A program made the position numbers and the translations under genes. This document shows positions 36,780-49,132 of a DNA stretch of 64,000 nucleotides, one piece after another. Every line of letters starts with the position of its first letter. Position 1 is the stretch's first letter. Under the pieces are notes generated by a model, which was given only the letters and a program-made list of their open reading frames with translations, was not told the origin of the DNA and did no database searches. Origin of the DNA: Camelus ferus (taxonomy: Eukaryota); contig NC_045696.1 in NCBI RefSeq assembly GCF_009834535.1, positions 119,228,001 to 119,292,000 on the forward strand, read 5' to 3'.

Positions 36780-37900
36780 GAGGAACACGGGTGATGTTCA
36801 GTGTTTTGCTATCGCAGACAGTTCTCCAGTGAAACTTTGTACATGTGTCATTTTTTTAATATATAGGCTGAATTCCCAGAAGTGAGCTTGTTGGGTCAAA
36901 GGGTACGTGTATTTGTAATTTTGAGAGATACTGTCAAATCATTCTCCATGAGGTGGAATCTGCCCTCCTGCCTGCCTTGAACCGAGAATGCTCACTACCC
37001 CCACAGCCTTGTCAACTAAGTCGTTGTCAGACTTCGGGGTTTTTCCAATATGTTAGGTCAAGATATGATTTCTCAGGGTAGTTTTGATTTGCGTTTCTCT
37101 TATTGTGAGATTTGGCATTTTTTCCTGTGCTTTATAGCCATTAGAATTTCCTTATCTGTGACTCGCTTCATTCATCTTAAAATTCAGATTCTGAGATTTT
37201 TTTTCTCATCAATTTTTAGAAGCTCTTTTTTGACTATAATTTTTAAATATTTTATTTTACTGAAGTATAGTCTGTTTACAATATTGTGTTAATTTCTGGT
37301 ATACAGCCTAGTGATTCCATTATACATATATATTCCTTTTCATATTCTTTTTTATTATAAACTATTACCAAGTATTGAATACAGTTCCCTGTGCTATACA
37401 GTAGGACCTTGTTGTTTGTCTATTTTATTATATAGTAGTTTATATCTGCTACTCCCAAACTCCTAATTTATCCCTTCCTACTCCCTTTCCCCTTTGATAA
37501 CCATAAGTTTGTTTTCTATGTCTGTGAGTCTATTTCTGTTTCATAAATAAGTTTGTGTCAATTTTTTAGATTCTACATATAAGTGATATCATAGAGTATT
37601 TGTCTTTCTCTGACTTGTTGCACTTAGTATGACAATCTCTAGGTCCATCCATATTGCAGCAAATGGCATTATTTCACTCTTTTTTATGGCTGCATAGTAT
37701 TCCATTATATATATTTATCTTCTTTATCCAGTCATCTGTTGATAGACATTTAGGTTGCTTTTGAGCTGCAAATATTTTCACATCGTGTCATTTGTCTTTT
37801 GACTTTGTATAACATGTCCTTTATCAGGCAGTAGGAGTTTTATGTCACCAAATTTATTTTTACTTTATGGCTTCTGGATTCTAAGCTATTTAGAAGTGGC
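36780..37900 (-). mobile_element. Old L1 fragment containing a younger L1 3' end (~37245-37760)
   Basis: Younger part: ttttactgaagtatag..gttccctgtgctatacagtagg..ggtccatccatattgcagcaaatggc..ttatccagtcatctgttgatagacatttaggttgc. The flanks are more diverged L1-like sequence. Confidence 0.8.
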
Positions 37901-38045
37901 TTCCAGCAGACCCTTTAAAAATTAAAATAATAAAATTGTGTTAAATGTGGGGGATTGGACCCAGGCATCTGTTTCTTCTGAAAAATCCTAGTGAAATGAC
38001 ACTAAAAGAATGATGGATAGACAGACGGACAGACAGGTGTAGTTA

Positions 38046-38537
38046 GAGTCAGTCCTTCTCATTCACAGATTCCCTATTTGTGAATCCTACTTGCTGAATT
38101 TGTTTGTAGTCCCCAAGGCAATACTGTTGGTGCTTTCACAGTCACTGGCAGATGTATGCTTAGTGGCAAAGAAGATAATGTTGCTGCTGTGCATGTTCCC
38201 AGCTAAGGGAACAAGTGTCCCATCGGCAGTCCAGTTAGTGCCACACCGTTGACACGTTTGCGCTTTGTGCTGGTGATTTCACTGTTTAAAATGGCCCCCA
38301 AGTGCAGTGCTGAAGTGCTGGCTATGAATGAACCTACAAAATATGTTAAACAAGGTGTCTTTAAACAGAAACACACATGAAACAAGGTTCTGTACTGATC
38401 AGGTGACAAACATCTGACCAGAGGCTTGCAGGAAACTAACCCTGTATTTCCCCAGGAGCCCTGTTTCAGAACCTGCTAATTCAGTGTTTGTGGAAACGCT
38501 ATAGAACGTAACTCCCATGAACAGTGAAAACTTACTG
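38046..38537. mobile_element. MER82-like Tigger (TcMar) DNA transposon
   Basis: ttcacagattccctatttgtgaat..gttcccagctaagg..gtttaaaatggccccca..aaggtgtctttaaacagaaacacaca, ending actg|ta. Confidence 0.7.
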
Positions 38538-38659
38538 TAGGTGATAAATAGGTAGATAGGTAGGTAATTAGAATGATAGATAGATGGATAGATAGACACC
38601 TACAAGAACAAAAAGACTGAAAGAAGAGAAAGTGGAAGATGGGTGACTTCTACACATTT

Positions 38660-39311
38660 TTAGAAGGTGGAAGGCGCCTGGCGGAGGCTGACTGGCTTAG
38701 CAAAGTGGAGGACACTGCACCTGGGTGGGGAGGGAGCCTGAGGAAAGCTCTGGTCTTCAAAGCATGAGTCACCGTCGGGTGATGGGAGGTGAACTGCAGA
38801 ACTAAAACCAGGGCGTTGGTTTGAACTGAAGCCCTTCCATGGTGTGGTCAGATCCCTAGCTCTCCCGAATGCCTCATGCAGCTGGGTAACTGGAAGTGAC
38901 GCAGGGATCAGATGAAACCGCTGAAAATTAAGAGGTAGAGTTATGTATCCATGAAACAAAAACAGGATGCTATAAAAAAGAAATGGCCAAAAGATCAGAA
39001 GGAGCTTTTGGGTCTGAAAAAGAGGCCAGAGGAGCATTTTAAAACATAGCAAAAAGGCTGAAAAACAAAATAAAGGACATCTTTTCAGAAGGTAAAATAA
39101 AAAGACAGAGTAAGAAAATGGGGAGAAAGAAAGGTAATAAAATTAAAATATCAGTCCTACATTCTGACTGCTAGGAGGTCTAGAAAGAAGGCAGCTGCAG
39201 AGGAGAGAAAAACTATCAAAGAAAAAAAAAAAAAAAAAGACATTTTCAGAGCCAAAGGACAAAAATCCTTTGAGGGCAAAGCCATTCAGTGCATAGCCTT
39301 TTGAGTTTTTA

Positions 39312-39342
<31 letters not shown>

Positions 39343-40160
39343 CAACTTTGAAGGCATATTGTGAAATTCTGGAACTATGTGGGAAAAAAATATCCTAACA
39401 TCTTCCAAAGTAGCACAACAGGTTACAAAGTATTAGTAATTCAAATAGACATCACAGTAGCCATGCTGACTTCCCAAAGCTAGTGGAGCAATACTTTAAA
39501 AATGTTAATGGAAAAATAAGAGTTCAGCCTAGACTTCAGACTGTTGGTTAAGGGTGAAGACAATGACTTTCTTAGAAATGCGGGGATGCAGATGACTTCC
39601 AGGGCATTGTTTCCTAAGGGACCACAAGAGGATGTGCTCCAGCAAAATGAAGAGGAAACCAAGAAAGAGAAAACACCAGCCATAGAGAGTGGTGGAGGGA
39701 GAGCCCAGGTGTGGGAAGCAGCCACACCAAATTGGAGCACAGGTACAGAAAGCTCCAGAAATGATGTCTCCACGTGGAAAAAAATAGGAATCAGGTATTT
39801 TGATACATGGAATATTCATTGATAGGTACATAATAGAGGTGTTGGAACATGTGGAATCAATCAGTAATGGGTTGATGTACAACCAGACAGATGAAAAAAA
39901 AAATTGAGGCCACAGTTAACTCCAGGAAAGATAAAGGGTCGTATTTTAAAAGGAAGATATGGTTACAGGGCATGACTTGACCCAGCAGTGAGCAATATTT
40001 CCAAAGTTGTAATAGTACAGACTTCTGATTTAATTAAAATGACTTTATAGCCATTTGGGGCACCAGGAAAGAGAAGGTAAGGAGTGTATATGGGAGCCTT
40101 CATTTCCCACGGTAGGAAATCAAAAAATCCCTAAAACTAATACATAAGGACATAGTATAT
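38660..40160 (+). mobile_element. Very old L1/HAL1-like (ORF1-region) remnant
   Basis: Long A-rich, purine-biased decayed sequence with no open frame. Family assignment is tentative. Confidence 0.45.
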
Positions 40161-42208
40161 AAACGTGTCCTGCCAGTGAGTGTTAGACGTTAGTGCTTTG
40201 GTAGCAATTTTACAAAAGATGCACGTGCCCTCTCAGGGAAGGGAAGGAAAAGGAAGGACCCAGCAGGTGGGTACCGAGAGCAGAGGACCCCTTTCCACAG
40301 TCACTGCACTGCTTCAGAAGTGGAGACCGTCCCAGAGGCCCTGATGTGCAGGACACCAGCTTGCTCACTGGGCCAACGTGCTGCCTCCTAATATCCCCCT
40401 GCACAGAAGAGCTTTAGAATGATCAAAAGACAAATGCATTTCTTAGTAAACTCTGCATCGTGTTGTCTATATTTTCAGAGGGGAAGGAAAGGTTGTGTTG
40501 GTTGCCCGTTTTAGTGCATTTGCGACCACCAGAGAAATCAGAGGGAACAAAGCGGGGAGAAAAAAAGAGCCATGAATACAAACGAATTCCCTTTACACAC
40601 GTTGAAGAACCACAGGACATGCTCCATTTTTTTTTTTAAAACACTCCAGGTGTGACCGGAGATTACGGTATCCACACAGGAGAGTGGAGAGTTAATTAAA
40701 ATGTTTGCTTCTGTTCCCAGAAAGAAAGGTCTTTTCGTTTGCTAAGCAGGCTGGCTTTGGAGTGCTGTTTGTGCGTTCCTGTCCTCACTGGAGTGTCACA
40801 GGAAAGCAGATCAAAGAGAGCCTTCCATCCGATGGGCTTGCTACCCGCTTTCTCAGCTAACGGACTTGAAAGCTTCTTCCACTGACTGCATGGGGCTCAT
40901 ATCATATTTTCCAAGTGTCGTCGTCTTACTGTATTGATGACATGCAAACCGGCTTTGATAGGTGCTTTGTGGAAAACCACATTTTCCATGAATTAAGTCA
41001 AGACCAGCCCAGGTAGTCGGAGTGGGAAGGTCGGGCGGAGTGAAACACTTCGCCCCCCTCCCGCTTGTGTTTTCTCGCAACCCGTCCCGGGACAGCCGGC
41101 TGGGAACGCGTGCGGCTGAGCCCTCAGCTCCCTCAAGCAGGGTCGTGTTTTGTTGTGTTTTCTCTTTTCCTTTTGGTCTTTGTGTTTCTCTGCCCTCTGG
41201 CTGACATCCCCCACCCCGAGGGGAAAAACTGTTGGGGAGACATCCTGCCGTCTTTCTCTTTAAGACGGTGAGTAACTGGAATGAAACGGAGCGAAGCAGA
41301 GCAGCCCCGCCAGGCCAGTCTGGGCAGGCGGGTCGGGCTGCCGGGGGGCTGCCCATTGTCCTGCCGTGCCGGGCGCCCGAGGAGAAAACCCAGCCAGGGC
41401 ACAGGCACCAATGAAAGGACTCCATCCTGCCACTCAGGGCTTTGTGAGTGCCATCGCTTGTCCTGGTTGCCATGGCTACTGTCTGATGGTGGCGGGTTTG
41501 TCAGCGTGCTTGATAAAGTGGGAAGGTTATTCTTGATAGAGCCAAGTAATCATAACCTCGCCAAGCTGGAGTGTGGCTTGCACATTTTCTCCCTCCTCTC
41601 TCTCAATCAGAGACGCAGGGCTGGGGGCTGGGGTTCTCGGAATAAAGCAACCTCGGCAGGGGGTGAGGGCCTGCCTGGCACGAGGGATGCTGGCCCTGCT
41701 GGCCTGGAAGGGAGGTCCCCAGGTGCTCAGGGGGCCGGCAGAAGCGGGGGTCGTTGGGTCACCTGTTGTCATCTCTGGCCTGAGTGGAGGTTTCAGGGAT
41801 GGGGCCAGAATGGGGTCCCCTCCTACCCCTCTCCTGGAAATTGTACTGGCACCTTCTCTCCTCCCTTCCTGCTCCCCGTCCTGTATTAAGCCCTCTTCCT
41901 TTCCTGCTCCTCTTGCCCTGGCTCCTCCCTGCTTCTTTGCTCCCCTGCCCTCTCCCCTCCCCACTCACTTTCTTTCTGCTGCCCCAATAGCAGTAACAGA
42001 GCTGAGCCTTTGAAAGTCTCTTGACTTTCTCCTCTCCTGAAGAATGAAAGGGAGGGTTGGATGAGGCTAACAGTTGATGGATTCTGGCCACAGAACTGCA
42101 GACTCTCTTCTGTCATCAGAAGAAACCTAATTGATTTTCTAGGCAGTGTCCTCTCAGACTTACCTGTACCTCAACTACTGGAAATGCCGTTTAAAAAAAA
42201 ATTAAAGA

Positions 42209-42339
42209 GGGGAGGGTATAGCTCAGTGGTAGAGCGCGTGCTTAGCATGCACAGGGTCCTGGGTTCAATCCCCAGCACCTCCATTAAAGATAAATAAATA
42301 CGTAAATAAACCTAATTACCTCCACCCCATTAAAAAAAA
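42209..42339 (+). mobile_element. Camelid SINE, long-tail form
   Basis: ggggagggtatagctcagtggtagagcgcgtgcttagcatgcac...aaacctaattacctcc. Confidence 0.93.
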
Positions 42340-42517
42340 TAGACCTGCCATATAATCCAGCAATTCCATTCCTGGGCGTATGTCCAAAGGAAATGAAAAC
42401 ACTGACTAGAAAAGACACTTTCACCCCAGTGTTCACAGCAGCACTATTTACAACAGCCCAGAAATGGAACCACCAACCCAAGTGTCCATCAAGAGATGAC
42501 TGGATAAAGAAGATGTG

Positions 42518-42576
<59 letters not shown>

Positions 42577-43017
42577 GGAATATTACTCACTCATAAAAAA
42601 GAATGAAAATTTTGCTATTTGCCACCACGTGGATGGACCTTCAGGGTGTTATGCTAAGTGAAATAAGTCAAAGAAGGACAAACATTTCATGTCTTTAGTT
42701 GTATGTGGAATCTAAAAAATAAAACAAATGAACAAATAAAAGAGAAACAGACTTACAGATAGGGAGAACAAACTAGTGGGTACCAGTGGGCAGAGGGTGT
42801 GGGGGGAGGGGCCAGATAGGTGAAGAGGATTAAGAGGTACAGACTACTAGGTACAAAATAAATAAGATACAGGGATGTGATGTACAGCACAGGGAATATA
42901 GCCAATAGTCTATAATAACTTTATATGGAGTATAATCTATAAAAACATGGACCTACTATGTTGTACACCTGAAACTAATACAATATTGTAAGACAACCAT
43001 ACTTCAATTAAAAAAAG
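42340..43017 (+). mobile_element. L1 3' end (ORF2 C-terminus + 3' UTR) with internal (CA)n
   Basis: KDTFTPVFTAALFTTAQKW..KCPSRDDWIKKMWY. Ends acttcaattaaaaaaa. Confidence 0.92.
42520..42574. repeat. (CA)n microsatellite, ~27 units
   Basis: Perfect CA run inside the L1. Confidence 0.97.
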
Positions 43018-44199
43018 AACGAAGCAGATTCCTGGGCCCCACCCCCACCACTTCTGGTTGTGCAGGTCTGGGTGGGGTCCTAAGACTCTGCATTTCTGAC
43101 AAGTGCCCACCCAGGTGATGCTGCCAGCTTGGGGACCTCACTGACACAGGCCGGCCAAGACTAGCTTTATACAGTTGAGGTTCCCCAAGGGTAAGCTGCT
43201 GGCCTGGTAGCCACGCTGGAGTTCCTGGAACGCCTCTTCCCCAGCTCTGCCTGTCCATCTCCGCCCCGTCCCCAAGCCCCAGGAAGCTGGCCCTGCCAGC
43301 AGGCCATTTTATATGTCAGTGACTTGAGTGTTTGTGCCATGGCCTCTGCTGGACTTGAACTCTGGCCACAGGCCCGTGTCTTCACCCACCTCCAAGCCAC
43401 CCCGGCTCCCAGGTACTGGCTGGATGAGTCCTGTGGCCACCTTGGCTGGAAGGAACTGGGCTCGTGTCGGAGGCGTTCTGAAGTCACTGTCGGGCGCCAG
43501 TGTGGCAGAGGTGGGGGTGCAGCATCTGCGCAGGGCAGGATGAGGACCCAGCTTCAGGAATGAGGTCCGCTGCATGAGAAAGCAGGATGGGGCACCGGGG
43601 GCAGCGGCCTCACAGCGGGGCGTTCTCCCTGTGGGAGGAGGACTGAGTCTTTTCATTTGGTTTGAAATGAAACAGCTTTCGTTTACTCTGTTACGGCAGA
43701 AGGTGTAACCCAGGTGAAGCTCCCTGCATGTGTGCACACGCAGGGGGTGTGTGTGTGTGTGTGTCCGCGGTGGCTGGGTGAAGAGGACCCCATCTTTTGT
43801 CAGACGTAACTGACCTCCCCACGCCACGCTCTGGGCCCATCCAAGCAGTGTCGTCACGGGCCCTGGATGCGTACATCTTGGAGGCGACGTGCTTACACTG
43901 CTTGGGTGAAACTCGGGCTCTTTGTCCAGACAGGATTAATGCAGAATGAATGGGTTCATCCGTGGGCTCTAGCTCCCTGCCGAGTGCCCGGACTGAGTCG
44001 GGCCGGAAAGAAATCCTGCTCTGGCAGTCGGGCTCCGAAGTATTTAAGCATCTTTGGAGCCGGAGCCAGAGCAGGGCCCCAGGCTGCAGGGCACCCCGCC
44101 CCTTCCTGCTGCCTGGAGCAGGCGGGTGGGACGGCGCATGCTCAGGCCCTCAGGCGCTGGCTTGAGGCGGTCAGCCCTCACGTTGGCCTTTCTCCCCAG

Positions 44200-44303
44200 G
44201 GTGTCGAGGTGCAGACAGACTACGTGCCCCTGCTAAACTCACTGGCCGCCTACGGCTGGCAGCTCACCTGTGTGTTGCCGACTCCCGTGGTCAAGACTAC
44301 CAG
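44200..44303 (+). CDS. RFTN1: Raftlin coding exon (probably exon 8), GVEVQTDYVPLLNSLAAYGWQLTCVLPTPVVKTT
   Basis: Acceptor tttctccccag|GGT and donor AG|gtaaca. 104 nt, phase 0 to 2. Confidence 0.97.
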
Positions 44304-46298
44304 GTAACAGTAACAGTCGTCGCTCTAACTGAATACTTACCTGTCCCAGTAGGCTCTTTGTGACCTAGACCTGGCGTGTAGGCCCTTGCTGCGGCACGCC
44401 CTACAATTTCAAGTTCAAGTTCATCTGTCCACTCTCAACTCTGCCCGCCATCCCTCGAGCCCATGGGCTTATATCCCTGTCTTACCAACCCTAAAAGGCC
44501 TTCTGTCTGTCTTTGGGTTTGCTATCAAGCTAGTCCTAACTACTTGTTGGGTAGTGAGCAGAAATATGGTTCCCATTTTACAGATGAAGAAACTAAGGCT
44601 CAGAGAGGCTTCATCACGTACCTGAAGCCACACAGCCAGTAAGTGGGGGAACCTGGGACTAGAAAGTCAGTCTGCAGGATCAGGCGGTCCTACAACGGGC
44701 CGCCTCTTTGCTGACCTAGGGGGAGACCCCTCACGGCCCTCAGGGCTGCACCCTCCCCAGCCCCACTGCCTGCTCACCACTGCAGGATGAGGGACAGCAT
44801 GAGGCAGCGCTGGTGATCTGGGCAGACGGCGGGTGGTGCAGCCCTAGGGCACAGGCTGAGGGTGCTGGTGCCCATCCCTGCCTCTTTGGGGTCCTTATCA
44901 CGTCTCCCCGCCCTGACACTTGGCCAAGTGGGACTGTGCACCTGCAGGAGCCAGTCTGCAGCTGCCTTTGCCCCTTGGACCAATGGGAGCCTCCATATTA
45001 TTTCTCAGCCAAGACTTGAATGGGCACAGGGTGGTGGAGGGGAGAGAACCCTGGAGCTGTGACCTGCAGGCTTGAACCCCAGTCCTGAGTCTGCCACTTG
45101 CTAACTGTCCACCTTGGTCAAGTCCATGTAGCTTTTTTGAGCCGATTTCCTAGTCTCTGAGACCAAGAATGCCTGTCTGTCTTCCATTCCAGAAGTCGAG
45201 AACCACCCCCTGAGAATGGATTTGAACGTGAAGCCCCTGCTAGTTCTGTGCTCTCAGCCAGGAGGGTGCAGACGGTTCTCTTTGTCTCCGTCTCAGGTGG
45301 TCAGACCTAAATAAGCCTCCATAATCCTCCACTTTCCTGGGTCCTAAATTCCCTTGCAGTGGAGAGGAGAGGGCGTGGAACCAGGGGATCTGACCTTGAA
45401 TCTCTGTGATGTGACCCCAGGCTTGCTCCTTGACGGAGCTGTCTTGTCCTGTCACTGGAAGTGGTCCTGTGGCTTGGAGTGCGGGGTGAACTCACCCAGC
45501 CTGGCCCTGGCACAAAACAGGAGTGTCAGTGCTTTCCCCTCTTTTCCTCCGACACCCTGTGTAGTGACACGTCGCCTCGGCAGAGAAGGCGTCTGCACAA
45601 TAGCAACTTAAGAAAGTGGTCTCCTTTACAGTATTTCTAGTGTCTCTAAAGGCAGCCCGTGGGGTCCCGCCTGCCTGGGAGGAAGGGGTGCTCCCTGTGC
45701 CAGGAAAATGAGCAGCACCCGCAGCCCACTTTGCTGATGCGTCTCTGCCGCGATGCCCCCCGTGCCCCTCAGCCCTGCTGCTCACGGGGGACTCACGTGG
45801 TGGCCGGGACCCCAGCATAGCCAGGCCCTCTGCCTGGGCTCCGGGGACAGGTGATGGGACAGCCCGTTGCTCGGTTCCTCTCTGTCTGTCCACCCATGCC
45901 AGCCAGCCCCTCTGCAGCCTCATTACCAAAGGCAGACTTGGAATAGGCCTCCCGCCCCCCTGATACTCTTGGAGGAGGCCACTTTGTCATCATTTGGCGG
46001 AGATAATTAGCTGTCATTTCACATCCCAGGGAGGGTGGCCTTCAGTCACAAAGCTGACTTTCAGGGATGTCCACAGAGTCTTTTTGGGGCCCCCAAGATA
46101 GCCCCATGGAAGCCAGGGTGGATGGCCTGGGGGTGGGGAGGGGTGAGGGGCTTCTTGACCTCTGCCCCCTTCGTCTCCGGCGCAGCCTCCCTTCCCTCGG
46201 GGGGGCCGGCCAGGGGCAAGTTCAGGATGGCGGCCTCTGGGTGGGGTGTGGGCCACCCCTGAGTATGAGTCTCATTCTCAGCTCCACATGTGTTGCAG

Positions 46299-46377
46299 GG
46301 AGGGGAACATATCCACCAAGCAAGTTGTCTTTCTTCAGAGACCTTGTCTACCTCAGAAAATCAAGAAGGAGTCAAAG
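46299..46377 (+). CDS. RFTN1: Raftlin coding exon (probably exon 9), (R)EGNISTKQVVFLQRPCLPQKIKKESK
   Basis: Acceptor tgttgcag|G and donor AAG|gtgagt. 79 nt, phase 2 to 0. Confidence 0.96.
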
Positions 46378-48544
46378 GTGAGTGACCTTGGCTGCTTTGC
46401 GCACTGTGGCTCGGCAGGACTTCGCCTCTGACTGGATTTCTAACGGCGGTCAGAGGGCTGCCTGCTCCACCTGCCAGCAGCTCTCAGAGCTCGGGGACAC
46501 CTGAGCCACTTGGCAAAATGCATCCCACCACTCCTGAGGCTGCCTCCCGCGGGGATGCTCGGGCCGCCAGCCGTGCCGCGAGGCTGAAGGTAGGGGCGCA
46601 AGGCCAGCCGCAGTCTGACCAGGGCTGGGACGGTTGAGCTGATGCCTGGCTTCTCTGCATCTGTTTCCTGTTACAAGCTGGTTGAAGCTCGGGCCTGCTC
46701 CCTGGGGCCATCAGAGGTGTGGTGATCTGGGCAGAGAGAACCTGCCAGAACACCCGCCCCGCAGGTCTCTGAGTGACAGTGGCTGGTATAGACGGAGAGC
46801 GGCCCTCACCTCACCCCTGTGGAGTGAGTCCTCATCCCAGGGCTGCCCTGGGATGGCCAGGGGCCTCCCCCACACACAAGCTAGACGACACTTGAGCTGT
46901 CCTGGAAACACAGCTGCCCTGAGAAGTGTGGCCATTCTCAGCATGTTTCCCGTGGTTCCTGAGGGTCAGCCCGAGTCCTCCCCTTGAATGAGATTCTGCT
47001 GTTTGCATCCCCACACTTTGCCCCTAGTGGGGGCTCCTCCCAAGAATCATTTGGGAAGAGCTGATGAGTCCAGGGAACCTGCCACACCGGGCAGGTGTCA
47101 CCTGGAGCCGCCTGCTGCCCTGCTGACGGCCAAGGCCACACTGCTAGGCAGAGACCCGGGACTCGCCCATCCCCTAGCCTGGCACCCTCCCCGAGCTCCC
47201 TGCTCGTGGTTCCTCATGTTCTTTGGACACAGAGCCAGGAACAGGAGCATCAGGACAGGAGCACAGATCGGAGCAGCCCCTCCCCAGCCAACAAACCCAA
47301 AGGGGCCACTCATGGGAGGATGCCAAGGAGATGGCCCCGTAGAGCCAGGTGGGGTGGAGTGCAGAGGAAGATGTTGCTCCAGCTCGGAGATGCTCGTGTG
47401 ACAGGTGGCAGCAGCAGAGGACCAGAAGGCAGCCGCCAAAGCCACCATTACCCACCAGGAGCAGTCAGCCGCCAGCTGGAAGACGGATGGCCCCGCACCG
47501 CCACCAGCCGCAGCTTGGCCAGGGCTGCGGGGGCTGCGTGCGTTCAGAGTGACATTCCAGCATCGCCAGCAAGGTCTCCTGCCAGACGCCTGGCTTGTGC
47601 CGCCCCTTACAAGGAAGGGGAGGTGCCGTTTCTCACCATCCCTTCCTGGTCAGTCATGGTGCCAGCAGATCCCAAAGCAGAGACGTGAGGTTTGATTCTG
47701 GGGAAGGCTCTGCGTGTCACCGAGGGGGCCAACCAGGGGAAACTCCTGTGGCTGGGGGCGTTTTCAAGGTGGCGCTCCAGGGCTGCTGAACAGTGTGCCT
47801 CGGGGGGAAGCCAGGAGATGGGAGCCAGGTTTCTCGGGTCAGTCGAGGTGTCCACCCGCAGTGAGCTGTACAAATCCTGGCAGCCTGCCTTCTCTTTGAA
47901 GTACTTGCCCTTCTCTGCCCCCTGTGGTGGGGATGGGCTAGTGAGGACTGCTGTTCTGTGTGTGACCCGGGGAGGTCACATCGCTGGTGGGGCCCCAGGA
48001 GGGGGCTGTACTGATAGACATCTTCTCGCCTCTGTCTCGTTGTCCTGTCACCCACTTCTCTGCTGATGGGGCGTCGTCCGGCTCCCGGGAGACCGTGTTC
48101 CCCCAACCCCATGGCCGTGGCAGTGGCTTCACCCCCTGGTGCCCTAGCTCACCCTTGGAGCACCTTTTTCTCCTGGCTGTGTGGTTTCCCACCCGGTTCC
48201 TCATTCCTAGCCCCATTTCTCCTGTCTTTCCTTACCTCTTCCTGAGAAAATCTTGTCTACCCCCAGGGTCGGAAAATCTCACTTGTCACCTGTGTCGGTG
48301 GCTCTTACCTCTGCATGTCCAGCCCGCGCTGCTCCCCTGGGACCCCAGCCCTAGCTCTTATGCAGCTCCTCGGCCGTCTCAGGGCAACTTATGACCTTGC
48401 CCTCCCCCTGGCCGGGCTTGCCCCCCACCCCCACCTAGAGGAGCCGCACCTCCACTGGCCCCGAGGCTCCCACCTGCCCAGAGGTCACCCTTGGCACTCT
48501 TACCTCCTTTGTCCCATAGTCAGTCTGTTCTTAATGCGAGTCTG

Positions 48545-49115
48545 TTTTAGGTCCTAGAAGCTCTGGAACCCCTACTTCTTCCCATCATCACCTGCCTGGA
48601 CTACTCCGGTCTCCCCTTCAAATATGTTCTCCACGCAGCCAAGATGATCTTTAAAAAAAGCAAATCGAACCATGTCACCCCACTGCTTAAAATGGCTCTA
48701 AAGCTTTGGATTCTTCTGAAGATCAAGGTGGGAGCCTGTCCCGGGGTCCACACGGCCCTGTGGGATCTGGACCCGCCTTCTGCATTCCGGGCACCCTGGC
48801 TGCCAGACTCTTCCGTGCCCCTCCCTGCCCCAGGGCCTTTGCTTTGGCGGTTCCTCTGCCCGGGACACTCTCTTCCTTTGTATCTTCTCGGGAAGGTGGT
48901 CTCTCCTCTTAGACCGAGCCAGGCTCCTCTGTGATTGGAAGAACCAGGCTTCTCTCCATTTCTAACTGTTTGTGATCATTAGCTTATCCTCCACCAGTAG
49001 AATCAGACATTAACTCCTTGAGAGCAAAAACCCTTTTTTCCCTTGCTGTTGTGTGCCCAGTGTCTGCCTTTTAGCTAGGACTCAGCAGGTACTTGTTGGA
49101 GCAAAGGAATGAGCA
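48545..49115 (+). mobile_element. L2 LINE 3' remnant
   Basis: ttctccacgcagccaagatgatctttaaaa..catgtcaccccactgcttaaa..cagggcctttgc..gtgcccagtg..cttgttgga..gaatga. Confidence 0.65.
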
Positions 49116-49132
49116 ATCAAAACGCCCGAGCC

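Larger units (their letters stand above)
42143..43146 (+). mobile_element. MER5A-like element split by an L1 + SINE insertion (halves ~42143-42195 and ~43020-43146)
   Basis: Left half cagtgtcctctcagactt..tttaaaa; right half gcagattcctgggccccacccc..ctgcatttctgacaag..caggtgatgctg. Confidence 0.6.

Noticed and set aside
40853..41889. ~200-aa ORFs at 40853-41473, 41281-41889, 5307-5912, 47095-47688 and 53726-54397
   Set aside because: Composition is typical of GC-rich non-coding frames (P/G/R/S/A rich), several use non-ATG starts, and I see no recognisable domains or exon structure.
42158..42166. Perfect minus-strand donor CAG|GTAAGT with an acceptor 14 nt away
   Set aside because: It lies in decayed MER5A sequence and implies an implausibly small exon; likely chance.
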